Shown here in pieces: positions 38,306 to 47,279 of a DNA stretch of 64,000 bases. Source of the stretch: Candidatus Nomurabacteria bacterium (lineage in GTDB: Bacteria > Patescibacteriota > Patescibacteriia > HK-STAS-PATE-3); NCBI GenBank assembly GCA_023898465.1, contig CP060223.1, forward strand, positions 736,001 through 800,000. The letters run 5' to 3'. The notes under the pieces are model-generated. The model made no database searches, had not been told where the DNA came from, and saw nothing but the letters and a program-made list of their open reading frames with translations. Position numbers and translations under genes: made by a program. The stretch's first letter is position 1, and every line of letters starts with the position of its first letter.

Positions 38306-39640
38306 ATGGCACAACAAATCAACGTCACCATCATTGGCAGAACCAATGTTGGCAAGTCCCGTCTCTTTAATCGTCTCACAGAATCGCGAGGTGCTATTGT
38401 GGCACCTGAATCAGGCACTACTCGGGATATGAATGCGAAAGAAATCGAGTGGCGAGACACACGCTTCAATTTAATCGATACAGGTGGATGGACTATTAAC
38501 GAGGATGACGAAATTTCTACTGCAATACGCAAGCGAACTGAGCGAGCAGTCCGCGAAGCAAAGCTGCTGCTCTTTGTCGTTGATGGACGGGCTGACCTAA
38601 CACATGAGGATCTCCAATTTGCAGCCTGGATACGGAAACAGAAAAAACCTTGTCTGCTGGTAGTGAATAAGATCGAAAGCACACCGGCGGAACGACGCAT
38701 CCCAACCGAAATTCATCGCCTCGGACTTGGCTCTGCCTATGCAGTATCAGCTGCCAATGGACGCGGCAGCGGTGATCTGCTCGATGTTATTGTTGAGAAG
38801 CTAGGCGGCGCTAGTGCGCAAACAAAAGATCCAGGTTTAAGGATCGCCTTTATCGGGAGACCAAACGTTGGGAAATCCTCTCTCATGAACGCCATCCTGA
38901 ACGATGACCGCGTCTTAGTCAGTCCACAACCTTTTACTACCCGCGACGCTATTTCCGTTCCTTTCACCTGGAAAGAGAAAAAATTCACCCTGGTGGATAC
39001 TGCTGGATTACGTCGCCGCGTCCGCGTGCCACGCAAAAGTTTAGAAGCTGAAGGAGCTGATATCAGTCGCCAAACTATGCATGCTGTCGATGTATTGGTG
39101 CTCGTGCTCGACCTTAGTGAGCGTATTAGCGCCCAAGACCGTACGCTCATAGTTGAAGCGATGAAGGCTGTCCCAGCTATGGTCATCGCTGCAAATAAAT
39201 GGGACTTGGTGACTGAAAAAGACGCAACCACGCTCTTTACTATGGAAAAAGATATTCGCAGCCATCTCAGCTTTGTCCACTGGGCACCGATTGTATTTGT
39301 TTCTGCATTTGAAAAAACACGCGTAGCAAACCTGCTTGAAAAAGCCCAAAGCGCCTGGCACAACGCACAACGCAAACTTTCTGATAACGAATTAGAAGCG
39401 TTCCGAGATCAACTCATCCGCCGTCATCCCCCCACGAAAGGAAAGGGCGCTCGACGTCCACGCATCAGAGTAATTACGCAAATACGTACCGCTCCGCCAC
39501 ACTTTGATATCACCATAGGACCAAAGGAGGATTTACATCCTAACTATCTCGCTTTTGTTGAACGCATGCTTCGAGAACGCTATGATTTTGAAGGCAGCGC
39601 TATTCACCTCTCTATCCGTAAACCAAAGATTAACCGATGA
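38306..39640 (+). CDS. der: Ribosome-biogenesis GTPase Der (EngA), tandem GTPase domains + KH-like domain
   Basis: Two G1 motifs GRTNVGKS and GRPNVGKS. The stop overlaps the pth start (ATGA). Confidence 0.9.
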   Translation: MAQQINVTIIGRTNVGKSRLFNRLTESRGAIVAPESGTTRDMNAKEIEWRDTRFNLIDTGGWTINEDDEISTAIRKRTERAVREAKLLLFVVDGRADLTHEDLQFAAWIRKQKKPCLLVVNKIESTPAERRIPTEIHRLGLGSAYAVSAANGRGSGDLLDVIVEKLGGASAQTKDPGLRIAFIGRPNVGKSSLMNAILNDDRVLVSPQPFTTRDAISVPFTWKEKKFTLVDTAGLRRRVRVPRKSLEAEGADISRQTMHAVDVLVLVLDLSERISAQDRTLIVEAMKAVPAMVIAANKWDLVTEKDATTLFTMEKDIRSHLSFVHWAPIVFVSAFEKTRVANLLEKAQSAWHNAQRKLSDNELEAFRDQLIRRHPPTKGKGARRPRIRVITQIRTAPPHFDITIGPKEDLHPNYLAFVERMLRERYDFEGSAIHLSIRKPKINR

Positions 39641-40167
39641 AATGCATTGTTGGACTAGGTAACCCTGGCACGAAATATGACGACACCCGCCATAACCTGG
39701 GCTTCGCACTGGTTGACGCAATTGTTGAGCACCTTGAGTTAGCGCCTTTTCAAGAGCAGAGTAAATTTAAAGCTGAGATGACCCGCAATGATGATCCTAT
39801 CCATCATTGGTTTTTCATGAAGCCACAAACCTACATGAATAACTCTGGTGAGGCAGTTGGTGAGTTTGTCCGATTCTATAAACTTCCGCTCAATGATTTA
39901 CTGGTTATTCACGATGATCTTGATTTACCTTTCGGTGAAATAAAGCATGTTGTTGATCGCGGACCGGCTGGACATAATGGAGTACAATCAATCATCGATG
40001 TTGTGGGCTCACAAGCTTTTCATCGTATCCGCATCGGCATTGGATCAAACAAGGAACTAGGCATTCCCTCTGAGGACTACGTTCTGCAAAAATTCAACAC
40101 TGAGGAAAAGCAAAAAATCTCCGAGCTACTCGAGCCTGTCCTCAACATCATTCTGAACTGGGCCTAA
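39637..40167 (+). CDS. pth: Peptidyl-tRNA hydrolase
   Basis: MKCIVGLGNPGTKYDDTRHNLGF N-terminal signature. Confidence 0.9.
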   Translation: MKCIVGLGNPGTKYDDTRHNLGFALVDAIVEHLELAPFQEQSKFKAEMTRNDDPIHHWFFMKPQTYMNNSGEAVGEFVRFYKLPLNDLLVIHDDLDLPFGEIKHVVDRGPAGHNGVQSIIDVVGSQAFHRIRIGIGSNKELGIPSEDYVLQKFNTEEKQKISELLEPVLNIILNWA

Positions 40168-40351
40168 AGAAAAAACGCCAGTGTCAGTTTTCCTACGAGT
40201 GCGGGGCTTCACACTCTTTTTTGTAGTACTTACCAACACTGGCGTTGCAGGTCCGGAGGGTCGTCCGGACAGAGAAGGACATCGGCCGCGCTTGGCGAGA
40301 AGGAAGCGAGCTTCAATGCGAGTCTCACTCAAGCAACGACCGACGTCCATG

Positions 40352-40423
40352 TGCCGTGGGAGGGATTCGAACCCCCAACCTTCAGATTACGAGTCAGATG
40401 CTCTACCACTGAGCTACCACGGC
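40352..40423 (-). tRNA. tRNA-Thr (anticodon CGU)
   Basis: Manual cloverleaf GCCGTGG…CCACGGC-A. Anticodon arm TCTGA-CTCGTAA-TCTGA has one U·U pair. Confidence 0.7.
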
Positions 40424-40579
40424 AGCTGTGTTGCGGGTCCTCAGGGCCTGCATGCTCTTCCCAGCGTACTGGACACTTTGGGCTGCAACACAACTTTTTA
40501 AGGACAGGCCGGGAAAATCCCGGGGGTGTTTATCTATGCACCTCTCGGTGAACTGATGGTATTTCACCTGTCCAAGATG

Positions 40580-40650
40580 AGCGGGAGACGGGATTTGAAC
40601 CCGCGACCTTCCGCCAGAGGCGGCTGCTCTGCCAACTGAGCTACGCCCGC
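40580..40650 (-). tRNA. tRNA-like gene with non-canonical anticodon arm (isotype undetermined; possible pseudogene)
   Basis: Acceptor GCGGGCG/CTCCCGC has one mismatch. D and T arms are canonical. Between them CCGCC-TCT-GGCGG forms a perfect 5-bp stem with only a 3-nt loop, so no 7-nt anticodon loop can be drawn. Confidence 0.45.
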
Positions 40651-40796
40651 AAAAAAGAACGGACTAAGAATGTAGCGTATCCCCAAAAAGCTGTCAACCC
40701 TGTACCAGGCTTGGTGCGAGGTCAACCCTATCGTTCGCGAACTACGGAATCAAGAAAAAGGGAGATGCCATCAATGATGAACATCTCCCGAAGATT

Positions 40797-40868
40797 TGGT
40801 ACCTCCTGGAATCGAACCAGGGTAACCCGATTTTCAGTCGAGCACTCTACCAACTGAGTTAAGGTACC
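40797..40868 (-). tRNA. tRNA-Phe (anticodon GAA)
   Basis: GGTACCT acceptor. Anticodon arm CTCGA-CTGAAAA-TCGGG. T-loop TTCGATT. Confidence 0.8.
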
Positions 40869-40956
40869 GCTAGAGCGTGGCGGAAAGGCGAAGGACTTTC
40901 ACCAACTCACTGATCAAGACCAGCGTGTCCTCGGGGACGCCTTTCCAGAACAGATG

Positions 40957-41028
40957 AGGCGGGTCAAGGATTTGAACCTCGGAATCGCGGATTTGAAGAC
41001 CGCTGCCTTACCACTTGGCTAACCCGCC
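40957..41028 (-). tRNA. tRNA with UCA anticodon, tRNA-Cys-like body (candidate UGA-reading tRNA)
   Basis: GGCGGGT/ACCCGCC acceptor with discriminator U73. Anticodon arm GCGGT-CTTCAAA-TCCGC gives U33, anticodon 34-36 = UCA, A37. Short variable loop, 72 nt. The acceptor, discriminator and anticodon stem closely resemble bacterial tRNA-Cys (GCA), with G34 changed to U. Confidence 0.55.
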
Positions 41029-41050
41029 TTTCAACCTATAAGTTAGAGAG

Positions 41051-41124
41051 GCGCCCTGGAAGGAATTGAACCTCCGACATCTGGGTCCATAGCCCAGCGC
41101 TCTTCCGACTGAGCTACAGGGCAC
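41051..41124 (-). tRNA. tRNA-His-like (extra 5' G-1 opposite C73); anticodon reads AUG by manual fold, atypical
   Basis: G-1 + TGCCCTG acceptor with C73. D-arm GCTC-AGTCGGAA-GAGC. Anticodon arm CTGGG-CTATGGA-CCCAG. Body resembles tRNA-His, but position 34 is A rather than G. Confidence 0.45.
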
Positions 41125-41133
41125 AACAAACGG

Positions 41134-41206
41134 TAGCGCAAGCAGGATTCAAACCTACGTTTCCACACAGAGAATGTGGCGACCTAAACCACTAGTCGAT
41201 TGCGCC
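41134..41206 (-). tRNA. tRNA, anticodon CUC by manual fold (Glu-like), atypical U37
   Basis: GGCGCAA/TTGCGCT acceptor (G1·U72). Anticodon arm CCACA-TTCTCTG-TGTGG. T-loop TTTGAAT. Confidence 0.45.
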
Positions 41207-41311
41207 GGCAAATAGATTGCGACAGACCCTCTTCCGAGAGAGTGACGGCTCATCCTGCTATGAAAGAGGCCATCACAAAATGGTAAGCAATGTACTACAC
41301 CTGATCTAATG

Positions 41312-41386
41312 CGGCGCTGACAGGATTTGAACCTGCGAAACACTCGGCTGACCGCCGAGCTGCCTTAACCACTAGACTACAGCGCC
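41312..41386 (-). tRNA. tRNA-Asp-like (anticodon GUC), with 6-bp anticodon stem and G33
   Basis: GGCGCTG/CAGCGCC acceptor. Anticodon arm GCTCGG-CGGTCAG-CCGAGT. 75 nt. Confidence 0.5.
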
Positions 41387-41470
41387 AAAAAAAGAGCTGT
41401 CCGATGGTACCCCGGAAAATTACTTATGTCAAGAAACCCCGCCTCATCATTTGACAAGGCGGGGTAACTA

Positions 41471-42118
41471 TCAATTCAGCGAGAAACGGAAGGGAATGAC
41501 TGTCCAGACGGCCACCGCCCTATCACGCTGCTTCGCCGGACTAAAGAGCCACTGGAGTGCCGCAGCACATGCTGACTGATTCATCGACTCGAGCACCTCA
41601 CTCTGCACCACACTCGCTGCATCAACCGCACCGGTCTCGGTAATATGCACGCGCACCATCACCAAACCTTCCGCACCAGCCTGACGAGCCAAGTCAGGAT
41701 AGACCGGAGCTACCCGATGAATGACCTGTGGCGCTGTATCATAGGCCACAAAAGTCTCGGGTATTCCACTGTCCTGTCCGCTCATCACAATTGGCGGAGC
41801 AAAGGGATCGTAGGTCGTAGGAGCCAGCGTTTCTTCCAGACTGGCCATCTCGCTGATCTCAGCCTCAGCCGGCAAGTCAGGTCGCTGCACTTCTTGCGGC
41901 GGAGGTGGAACCACGAAGTCCTCCATGAACTCCACCGCGGTCATCACGCGCTCATGCAACTGATAAGGATGCGGGACATAGGGCGGCGAAAACCTGGCGA
42001 GCAAGAACAAGAGGGCAGTTGCTACCAGAAAACTCCAGCCTATGTCACGCCAGTAGTGCTGCTTCAGTAGGTAATGCTCTGAGGCACGGAAGCTTTCCAA
42101 TCCGATCACAAAGCACAC
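41471..42118 (-). CDS. TonB C-terminal-domain protein (N-terminal TM anchor, Pro-rich spacer)
   Basis: TM helix, then PPPPQEVQRPDLPAE spacer, then C-terminal …PVYPDLARQAGAEGLVMVRVHITETGAV…, a TonB_C-like motif. Confidence 0.55.
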   Translation of the reverse strand: MCFVIGLESFRASEHYLLKQHYWRDIGWSFLVATALLFLLARFSPPYVPHPYQLHERVMTAVEFMEDFVVPPPPQEVQRPDLPAEAEISEMASLEETLAPTTYDPFAPPIVMSGQDSGIPETFVAYDTAPQVIHRVAPVYPDLARQAGAEGLVMVRVHITETGAVDAASVVQSEVLESMNQSACAAALQWLFSPAKQRDRAVAVWTVIPFRFSLN

Positions 42119-42466
42119 TCCTTCTCAACCCCGGGAGGTGTATGTAGCTGCAAAGAACTGACCAGAGCTAGGGAGGCTGATGCACAGCTGCCATGCATCC
42201 GATACAGTTATCTCTAGTGTACCCTATTCGGGAATAAAGAAAAAACTCGGCCACACAGCGTCGCCGGCAAGTGGAAAGCAATAGCTGATAAACAGTACTA
42301 CCTTCACTTGAAGCTACTTGGTTTGCATAGGAGGGGTCGCATTCCGTTCGCAACTTACCGACGACGCCATACTGCCGAGCATAGCGAAGCCACTTTCACT
42401 ACCATGAACGTAACGGGAAAAAATAGCATGCATTTCCCACTTTGTCAAGGGTGAAAGGAGAAGATA

Positions 42467-42495
42467 TTGCGCATTTTTACTATTCGCGCTATACT
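42467..42495 (+). promoter_or_regulatory. Sigma-70-like promoter TTGCGC-17-TATACT upstream of mfd
   Basis: Seen in sequence. Lies inside the 5' end of the listed ORF 42442.., which argues for a downstream start. Confidence 0.5.
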
Positions 42496-42555
42496 AGATT
42501 TGCACTGCACAGTTGTTGCACATGCCTTTGTCTATTTCTTGGTGAGTACGTCGCT

Positions 42556-45500
42556 TTGACCCCTCCATCTCGACAAGCCCCGGATATTTCCGGGCGTATT
42601 TCGCAGGAGAGCCATATTGAGCTCTCTGGACTTACGAATAATTCAGCCAAAGCCTGGCTCATACTCCATATGCTCCCGAAAATAAAGGAGCATGGGACGC
42701 TTTTGTGGTTGGTGCGAAATGTTCGAGAAGCTGAAGAACTCTTTCATCAACTGCGCTTCTGGTCCGACACACTCAAGGTGCCGGTGAAGCTGACCGACCT
42801 CCAGCCAAATAACTTGGCTGCCCTGCAAGCAATGCGTAATACTGAGCCAGGAATTACCGTTGCCGCTATTCCCCTCCTTCACGAACCATTTCCCTCACCG
42901 ACTATTTTTGAACGAGCCACTCGTAATTTTGTTGTCGGACAAGAATGTGAATTAGTCCCCCTCCTCTCTCACCTTGCTTCAATCGGATATGAAAGTGATG
43001 CCCAGGCTTCAACGCCCGGTACTTTTGCGCGTCGAGGAGGCATTATTGATATCTATGCTCCGCATTGGGAACAGCCCTACCGGATTGAATTAGAGGGAAG
43101 CGCCATTTCTTCGATTCGCCCCCTGAATAGTAAAACAAAGCGCCTCGGCGCAGAGGTGACGAACGTAAAAGTGCTCCCCATCGAACTAAAAAATACAGCG
43201 ATGAGCGCTACAATTTTTGACTATCTTTCACGCGCACACACGCTCGTAGTCATGTCCGACCCTGAGGGTTTGGCTGAATTAGACCACGATTGGAAAACCA
43301 TAGAAGAACGATTTAAATCATTTCATCAACTTAGCTTCCATACCTTTGGCACGCGGGGCTCAGTCAATTTCGATTTCCAGTCGCCCAAACTTTATCACGG
43401 CTTACTCGATCAGCTAGGCCAAGACCTCAAAGCATGGAAGACTGAAAAATACGACGTCACTTTCATTACCACAAAAGCGAGTGAACTAAAAAAATACTGC
43501 ACGGCCAAGAAGCTCCCTCTACCAAACTTTCTTACTCCACCACCCGGCTATCGTATCTACGGCTGGATGAGTAAAGATGAAGGGAGAGTTGTCCTGACTG
43601 ACAACGATATTTACGGTGAAGAAAAAGATGAGGCGCCGAGCTCTGACTATTCGCGAGTGAGCGCATCAGCCTTTGTGGCCGAATTACGCCCGGGCGACTT
43701 TGTCGTGCACATGGATCATGGTATTGGACGCTTCACTGGCATGACGACGAATAAGATCGATGGCATTGCGAAAGAATATTTTGTACTCGAGTATGCCGAG
43801 GGCGACAAGCTCTTTGTGCCCGTCGATGCTGCAGAAAAAATTTCCAAATACTTCGGCTTAGCGCAACCAAAACTCCACCGCCTCTCTGGCAGCAACTGGT
43901 ATCAAGTTACTCACAAAATTCGCGAGGAAGCTTCAAAGATTGCTCAAGAACTTCTGCGGCTCTATGCTAAACGCGATACTACCGCCGCCGCTGCTTTTGT
44001 GCAGGACACCGCAGAAGAAAAAGCACTGGCTGAATCTTTCCCCTACGAATTAACTCCTGATCAAGCTCGGGTGATTAAAGAAGTAAGCGCCGACATGGAA
44101 AAAACGACTCCAATGGATCGACTGGTTTGCGGAGACGTGGGTTTTGGTAAAACTGAAGTGGCAGTCCGAGCAGCTATGCGGGCTGTCATGAACGGGAAGC
44201 AGGTAGCTGTGCTATCACCTACGACTATTCTGACCCAGCAGCACTTCGACACCTTCCGCAATCGTCTAGAGCACTTTAATGTTAAGGTGGAGCTTCTTTC
44301 ACGATTCCGATCAGAGAGCGAACAGGATCGCGTCATTCAAAAACTGCACACTCGGGACGTCGACATCATTATTGGCACCCATCGCCTCTTATCAGATGAT
44401 ATTAAATTCCGTGATCTCGGCCTCATTATTATTGATGAAGAACAGCGCTTTGGTGTAGCGCATAAGGAAAAACTTAAGGAACTACGAACTCAAGCGCATA
44501 TTCTCACCCTGTCCGCTACTCCAATCCCTCGTACACTCAACTTTGCCCTTTCTGGCTTACGCGACATCAGCGTTATTGAAACGCCGCCAGAGGGTCGCCT
44601 GCCAATTGAGACGCTTGTGAAGCCCTACGATGATAAGCTGGTCAAAGAGGCTATTATGCGCGAGCTCGATCGAGGAGGTCAGGCCTATTACCTCTATAAT
44701 AATGTCGAGACTATTGAGCTAGCAGCCAAACGCCTTGGTCGATTAATCCCGAAAGCCAAGATTGGCATCGCCCACGGTCAAATGGCAGAGGACGTGCTTT
44801 CAAAAGCCATGTCTGAATTTGATAATAAGAAGACAAACATTCTTGTTTGCTCAACGATTATTGAAAGTGGTCTAGACCTACCAAATGTGAACACCTTGAT
44901 TGTTGATAATGCACCGAAGTTCGGACTAGCGCAGCTCTACCAGCTCCGTGGTCGAGTCGGCCGTAGCAAGCGACAAGCCTATGCGTATTTCCTCTATCAT
45001 GCGGAGAAGTTAAATGATGCAGCTCGCAAACGCCTGCAGGCTCTACTAGAAGCAAAAGAGCTTGGCTCTGGTTTCCAAATTGCCTTACGTGACTTGGAAA
45101 TTCGTGGTACTGGAAATCTCCTGGGTCGCGAACAGCACGGTAAGGTTGCGGCTATCGGATTAGCCCTCTATACCCGACTACTCTCGCAAGCTATAGAAGA
45201 ACAAAAGAGTGGTGTTACCCAAAAGCCACTCCGTGAAGTGCAAATTGATCTGCCAGTGGAGATTGGCATTCCAAAACAGCTTGTGCCAAGCGAGCCAAAG
45301 CGCTTAAAACTCTATCAACAGCTAGCCGGATTAACGACTGAGAAAGATTTAGACCTATTCATGCAAAAAGAATTCCGCGGAGTAGACCTGCCTGACCCAC
45401 TGCAAAATCTTTACGAGGTGCTACGGATTAAAATTCGCGCCCAACACACTGACCTGACCCACTGCACCGCCTCGAAGCTCTCAGTCGACGGTACACCACG

Positions 45501-45717
45501 TGAACGCATCATCCTCAAATTTGCAAGTAAGGTTTCTGGCGACACGATGAGGTTATTAGAAAGCATTGTGCCAGGCTGGAACTTCATGGGCGACCAAGCA
45601 AAGATCGATAAGAGCGCTCTGGGTGCAAAGTGGCTCCATACCTTGCAACGCATTGTAGAAAAACTGCGACTGCCTGATGAAGCGCCAGCGCCGGTAGCAG
45701 ATCATAGTCAAAAGTAA
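42556..45717 (+). CDS. mfd: Transcription-repair coupling factor Mfd
   Basis: UvrB-like N-terminus (…LSGLTNNSAKAWLIL…). Helicase motifs CGDVGFGKTEVA and DEEQRFGV. TRG motif region. Start placed at in-frame TTG 42556, downstream of the predicted promoter. The listed ORF starts at 42442. Confidence 0.85.
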   Translation: MTPPSRQAPDISGRISQESHIELSGLTNNSAKAWLILHMLPKIKEHGTLLWLVRNVREAEELFHQLRFWSDTLKVPVKLTDLQPNNLAALQAMRNTEPGITVAAIPLLHEPFPSPTIFERATRNFVVGQECELVPLLSHLASIGYESDAQASTPGTFARRGGIIDIYAPHWEQPYRIELEGSAISSIRPLNSKTKRLGAEVTNVKVLPIELKNTAMSATIFDYLSRAHTLVVMSDPEGLAELDHDWKTIEERFKSFHQLSFHTFGTRGSVNFDFQSPKLYHGLLDQLGQDLKAWKTEKYDVTFITTKASELKKYCTAKKLPLPNFLTPPPGYRIYGWMSKDEGRVVLTDNDIYGEEKDEAPSSDYSRVSASAFVAELRPGDFVVHMDHGIGRFTGMTTNKIDGIAKEYFVLEYAEGDKLFVPVDAAEKISKYFGLAQPKLHRLSGSNWYQVTHKIREEASKIAQELLRLYAKRDTTAAAAFVQDTAEEKALAESFPYELTPDQARVIKEVSADMEKTTPMDRLVCGDVGFGKTEVAVRAAMRAVMNGKQVAVLSPTTILTQQHFDTFRNRLEHFNVKVELLSRFRSESEQDRVIQKLHTRDVDIIIGTHRLLSDDIKFRDLGLIIIDEEQRFGVAHKEKLKELRTQAHILTLSATPIPRTLNFALSGLRDISVIETPPEGRLPIETLVKPYDDKLVKEAIMRELDRGGQAYYLYNNVETIELAAKRLGRLIPKAKIGIAHGQMAEDVLSKAMSEFDNKKTNILVCSTIIESGLDLPNVNTLIVDNAPKFGLAQLYQLRGRVGRSKRQAYAYFLYHAEKLNDAARKRLQALLEAKELGSGFQIALRDLEIRGTGNLLGREQHGKVAAIGLALYTRLLSQAIEEQKSGVTQKPLREVQIDLPVEIGIPKQLVPSEPKRLKLYQQLAGLTTEKDLDLFMQKEFRGVDLPDPLQNLYEVLRIKIRAQHTDLTHCTASKLSVDGTPRERIILKFASKVSGDTMRLLESIVPGWNFMGDQAKIDKSALGAKWLHTLQRIVEKLRLPDEAPAPVADHSQK

Positions 45718-45795
45718 TTTCAATAAAACGAAAAACACGATATACTTCTCCATGAGAGGAGTTATTTCGATTTTAAGGAAGTTGCAAGGGGGAAA

Positions 45796-47211
45796 ATGAA
45801 AACATATCCAAAGCTCACTACAAAAATATTGCCACCGGCGCCACCTTTGCGAAAAGCGCTCGGTGTTGGCGTTGTCGTAATGGGTCTGGCCATCGGCACG
45901 GGCGAGCTCATCCTCTGGCCGCATCTCGTTACCAAGTACGGCTTACATTTACTATGGATGGCCCTGCTCGGCATTAGCTTCCAGTATTTTATTAACCAAG
46001 AAGTTGCCCGGCATGCCCTAGCTACCGGAGAAGGTTTTTTCTTATCCTCTGCTCGTGTTTTGAAATGGACGGTATGGTTTTGGTTAGCCTCAGCCATACT
46101 CCTCTACATATGGCCGGGCTGGGCCAGCGCTATCGGCACTATGCTGGCTGAACTTTTTGGCTTCGGGGGCCATCTCGCCTGGTCATGGATCGCACTTGGC
46201 TTTGTCCTTGTGCTCACCTTTAGCGGGCGAGCTGCCTACACCATGCTAGAGCGATCACTCAAGATTACTGTGCCAAGCTTTTTTATTTTACTCGTTGTCA
46301 TCAGCGTCATTAATCTCAGCGGAAAAGATTTAGCTGATGGCCTGGTTGGCTTATTAAGCTTTGGTAAAATGTCCAGTGGCGTGGATACGAATGTCCTCTT
46401 AAGCGCTGTCGTATTTGCCGGCGCTGGTGGCATGTTAAACTTGGCCGTCTCGCTCTGGTATCGCGATAAGCAGTTTGGCATGGCAAAATATGGCGGCCGC
46501 ATAGAAAACCCAGTCACAGGTAAAACAGAGGCTGTCGCCGCAGCTGGACATACTTTTGCCATGAATAAAACCAACTTAAAGCGTTGGGAGGATTGGATGC
46601 GCTTTGTCAGAGTTGACCAAGGAGTTATCTTCTGGCTGCTGGGACTCATTACACTCTTCCTACTGAGCCTCAATGCCTACGTCGTACTTAAACCCCAGGG
46701 CATTATACCCGAGGGCTTGGACGTCGCTATTGCGCAAGCCAACATCTTTGGTGAGAAATGGGGCGCCTTTGGCTATAACCTCTTTCTCGTCATGGCAACC
46801 CTGATGCTCTTCTCAGTCATGTGGACGGTCATTGACGCATTAACTCGCATGGTCAGTACTATCCTGTACGAAAATGCCCACATCGGACCCTATCAACAGA
46901 AGCTCCAATGGTTAAAAAAAGTTTCCCTCAGCAAATTTTATTACACAACCATCGTCCTCGTTGTTATTTCCGGCGCAGCCTTGTTACCGCTTGAACAGCC
47001 TCTGACTTTGCTTGTTATCTCCGCGGTCCTTGGAGGACTCACCATGGCAGTGTATACGCCACTCCTTATCTATTTGAATAACGCCCGACTGCCAAAGGCG
47101 CTCCGACCGAGCTGGCCAACCAATGTGGTTATGGTAGGCATCTCCGCCTTCTTTATCTACTTTGCTATTCGCGTCATCATCGAGCAGTTTCACGTATTGA
47201 CCGGGCTATAG
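45796..47211 (+). CDS. Polytopic membrane transporter, Nramp-superfamily-like (putative divalent metal transporter)
   Basis: 471 aa, about 11 TM helices. TM1 region GLAIGTGELILWP is reminiscent of the Nramp DPGN region. Assignment tentative. Confidence 0.45.
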   Translation: MKTYPKLTTKILPPAPPLRKALGVGVVVMGLAIGTGELILWPHLVTKYGLHLLWMALLGISFQYFINQEVARHALATGEGFFLSSARVLKWTVWFWLASAILLYIWPGWASAIGTMLAELFGFGGHLAWSWIALGFVLVLTFSGRAAYTMLERSLKITVPSFFILLVVISVINLSGKDLADGLVGLLSFGKMSSGVDTNVLLSAVVFAGAGGMLNLAVSLWYRDKQFGMAKYGGRIENPVTGKTEAVAAAGHTFAMNKTNLKRWEDWMRFVRVDQGVIFWLLGLITLFLLSLNAYVVLKPQGIIPEGLDVAIAQANIFGEKWGAFGYNLFLVMATLMLFSVMWTVIDALTRMVSTILYENAHIGPYQQKLQWLKKVSLSKFYYTTIVLVVISGAALLPLEQPLTLLVISAVLGGLTMAVYTPLLIYLNNARLPKALRPSWPTNVVMVGISAFFIYFAIRVIIEQFHVLTGL

Positions 47212-47279
47212 GCTTTTGATAGGATTTGCGTAGTGGCGATCAATCTGGAGCGCCACATCTTTGTTATGTGGCACATACT

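Noticed and set aside
38221-39375. Minus-strand ORFs 38221..38700 and 38737..39375
   Set aside because: Antisense to der (EngA), whose two GTPase domains are unambiguous.
40181-40551. Plus-strand ORFs 40181..40501 and 40351..40551
   Set aside because: They overlap the tRNA-Thr gene and its flanks on the opposite strand, with Arg/Pro-rich low-complexity translation.
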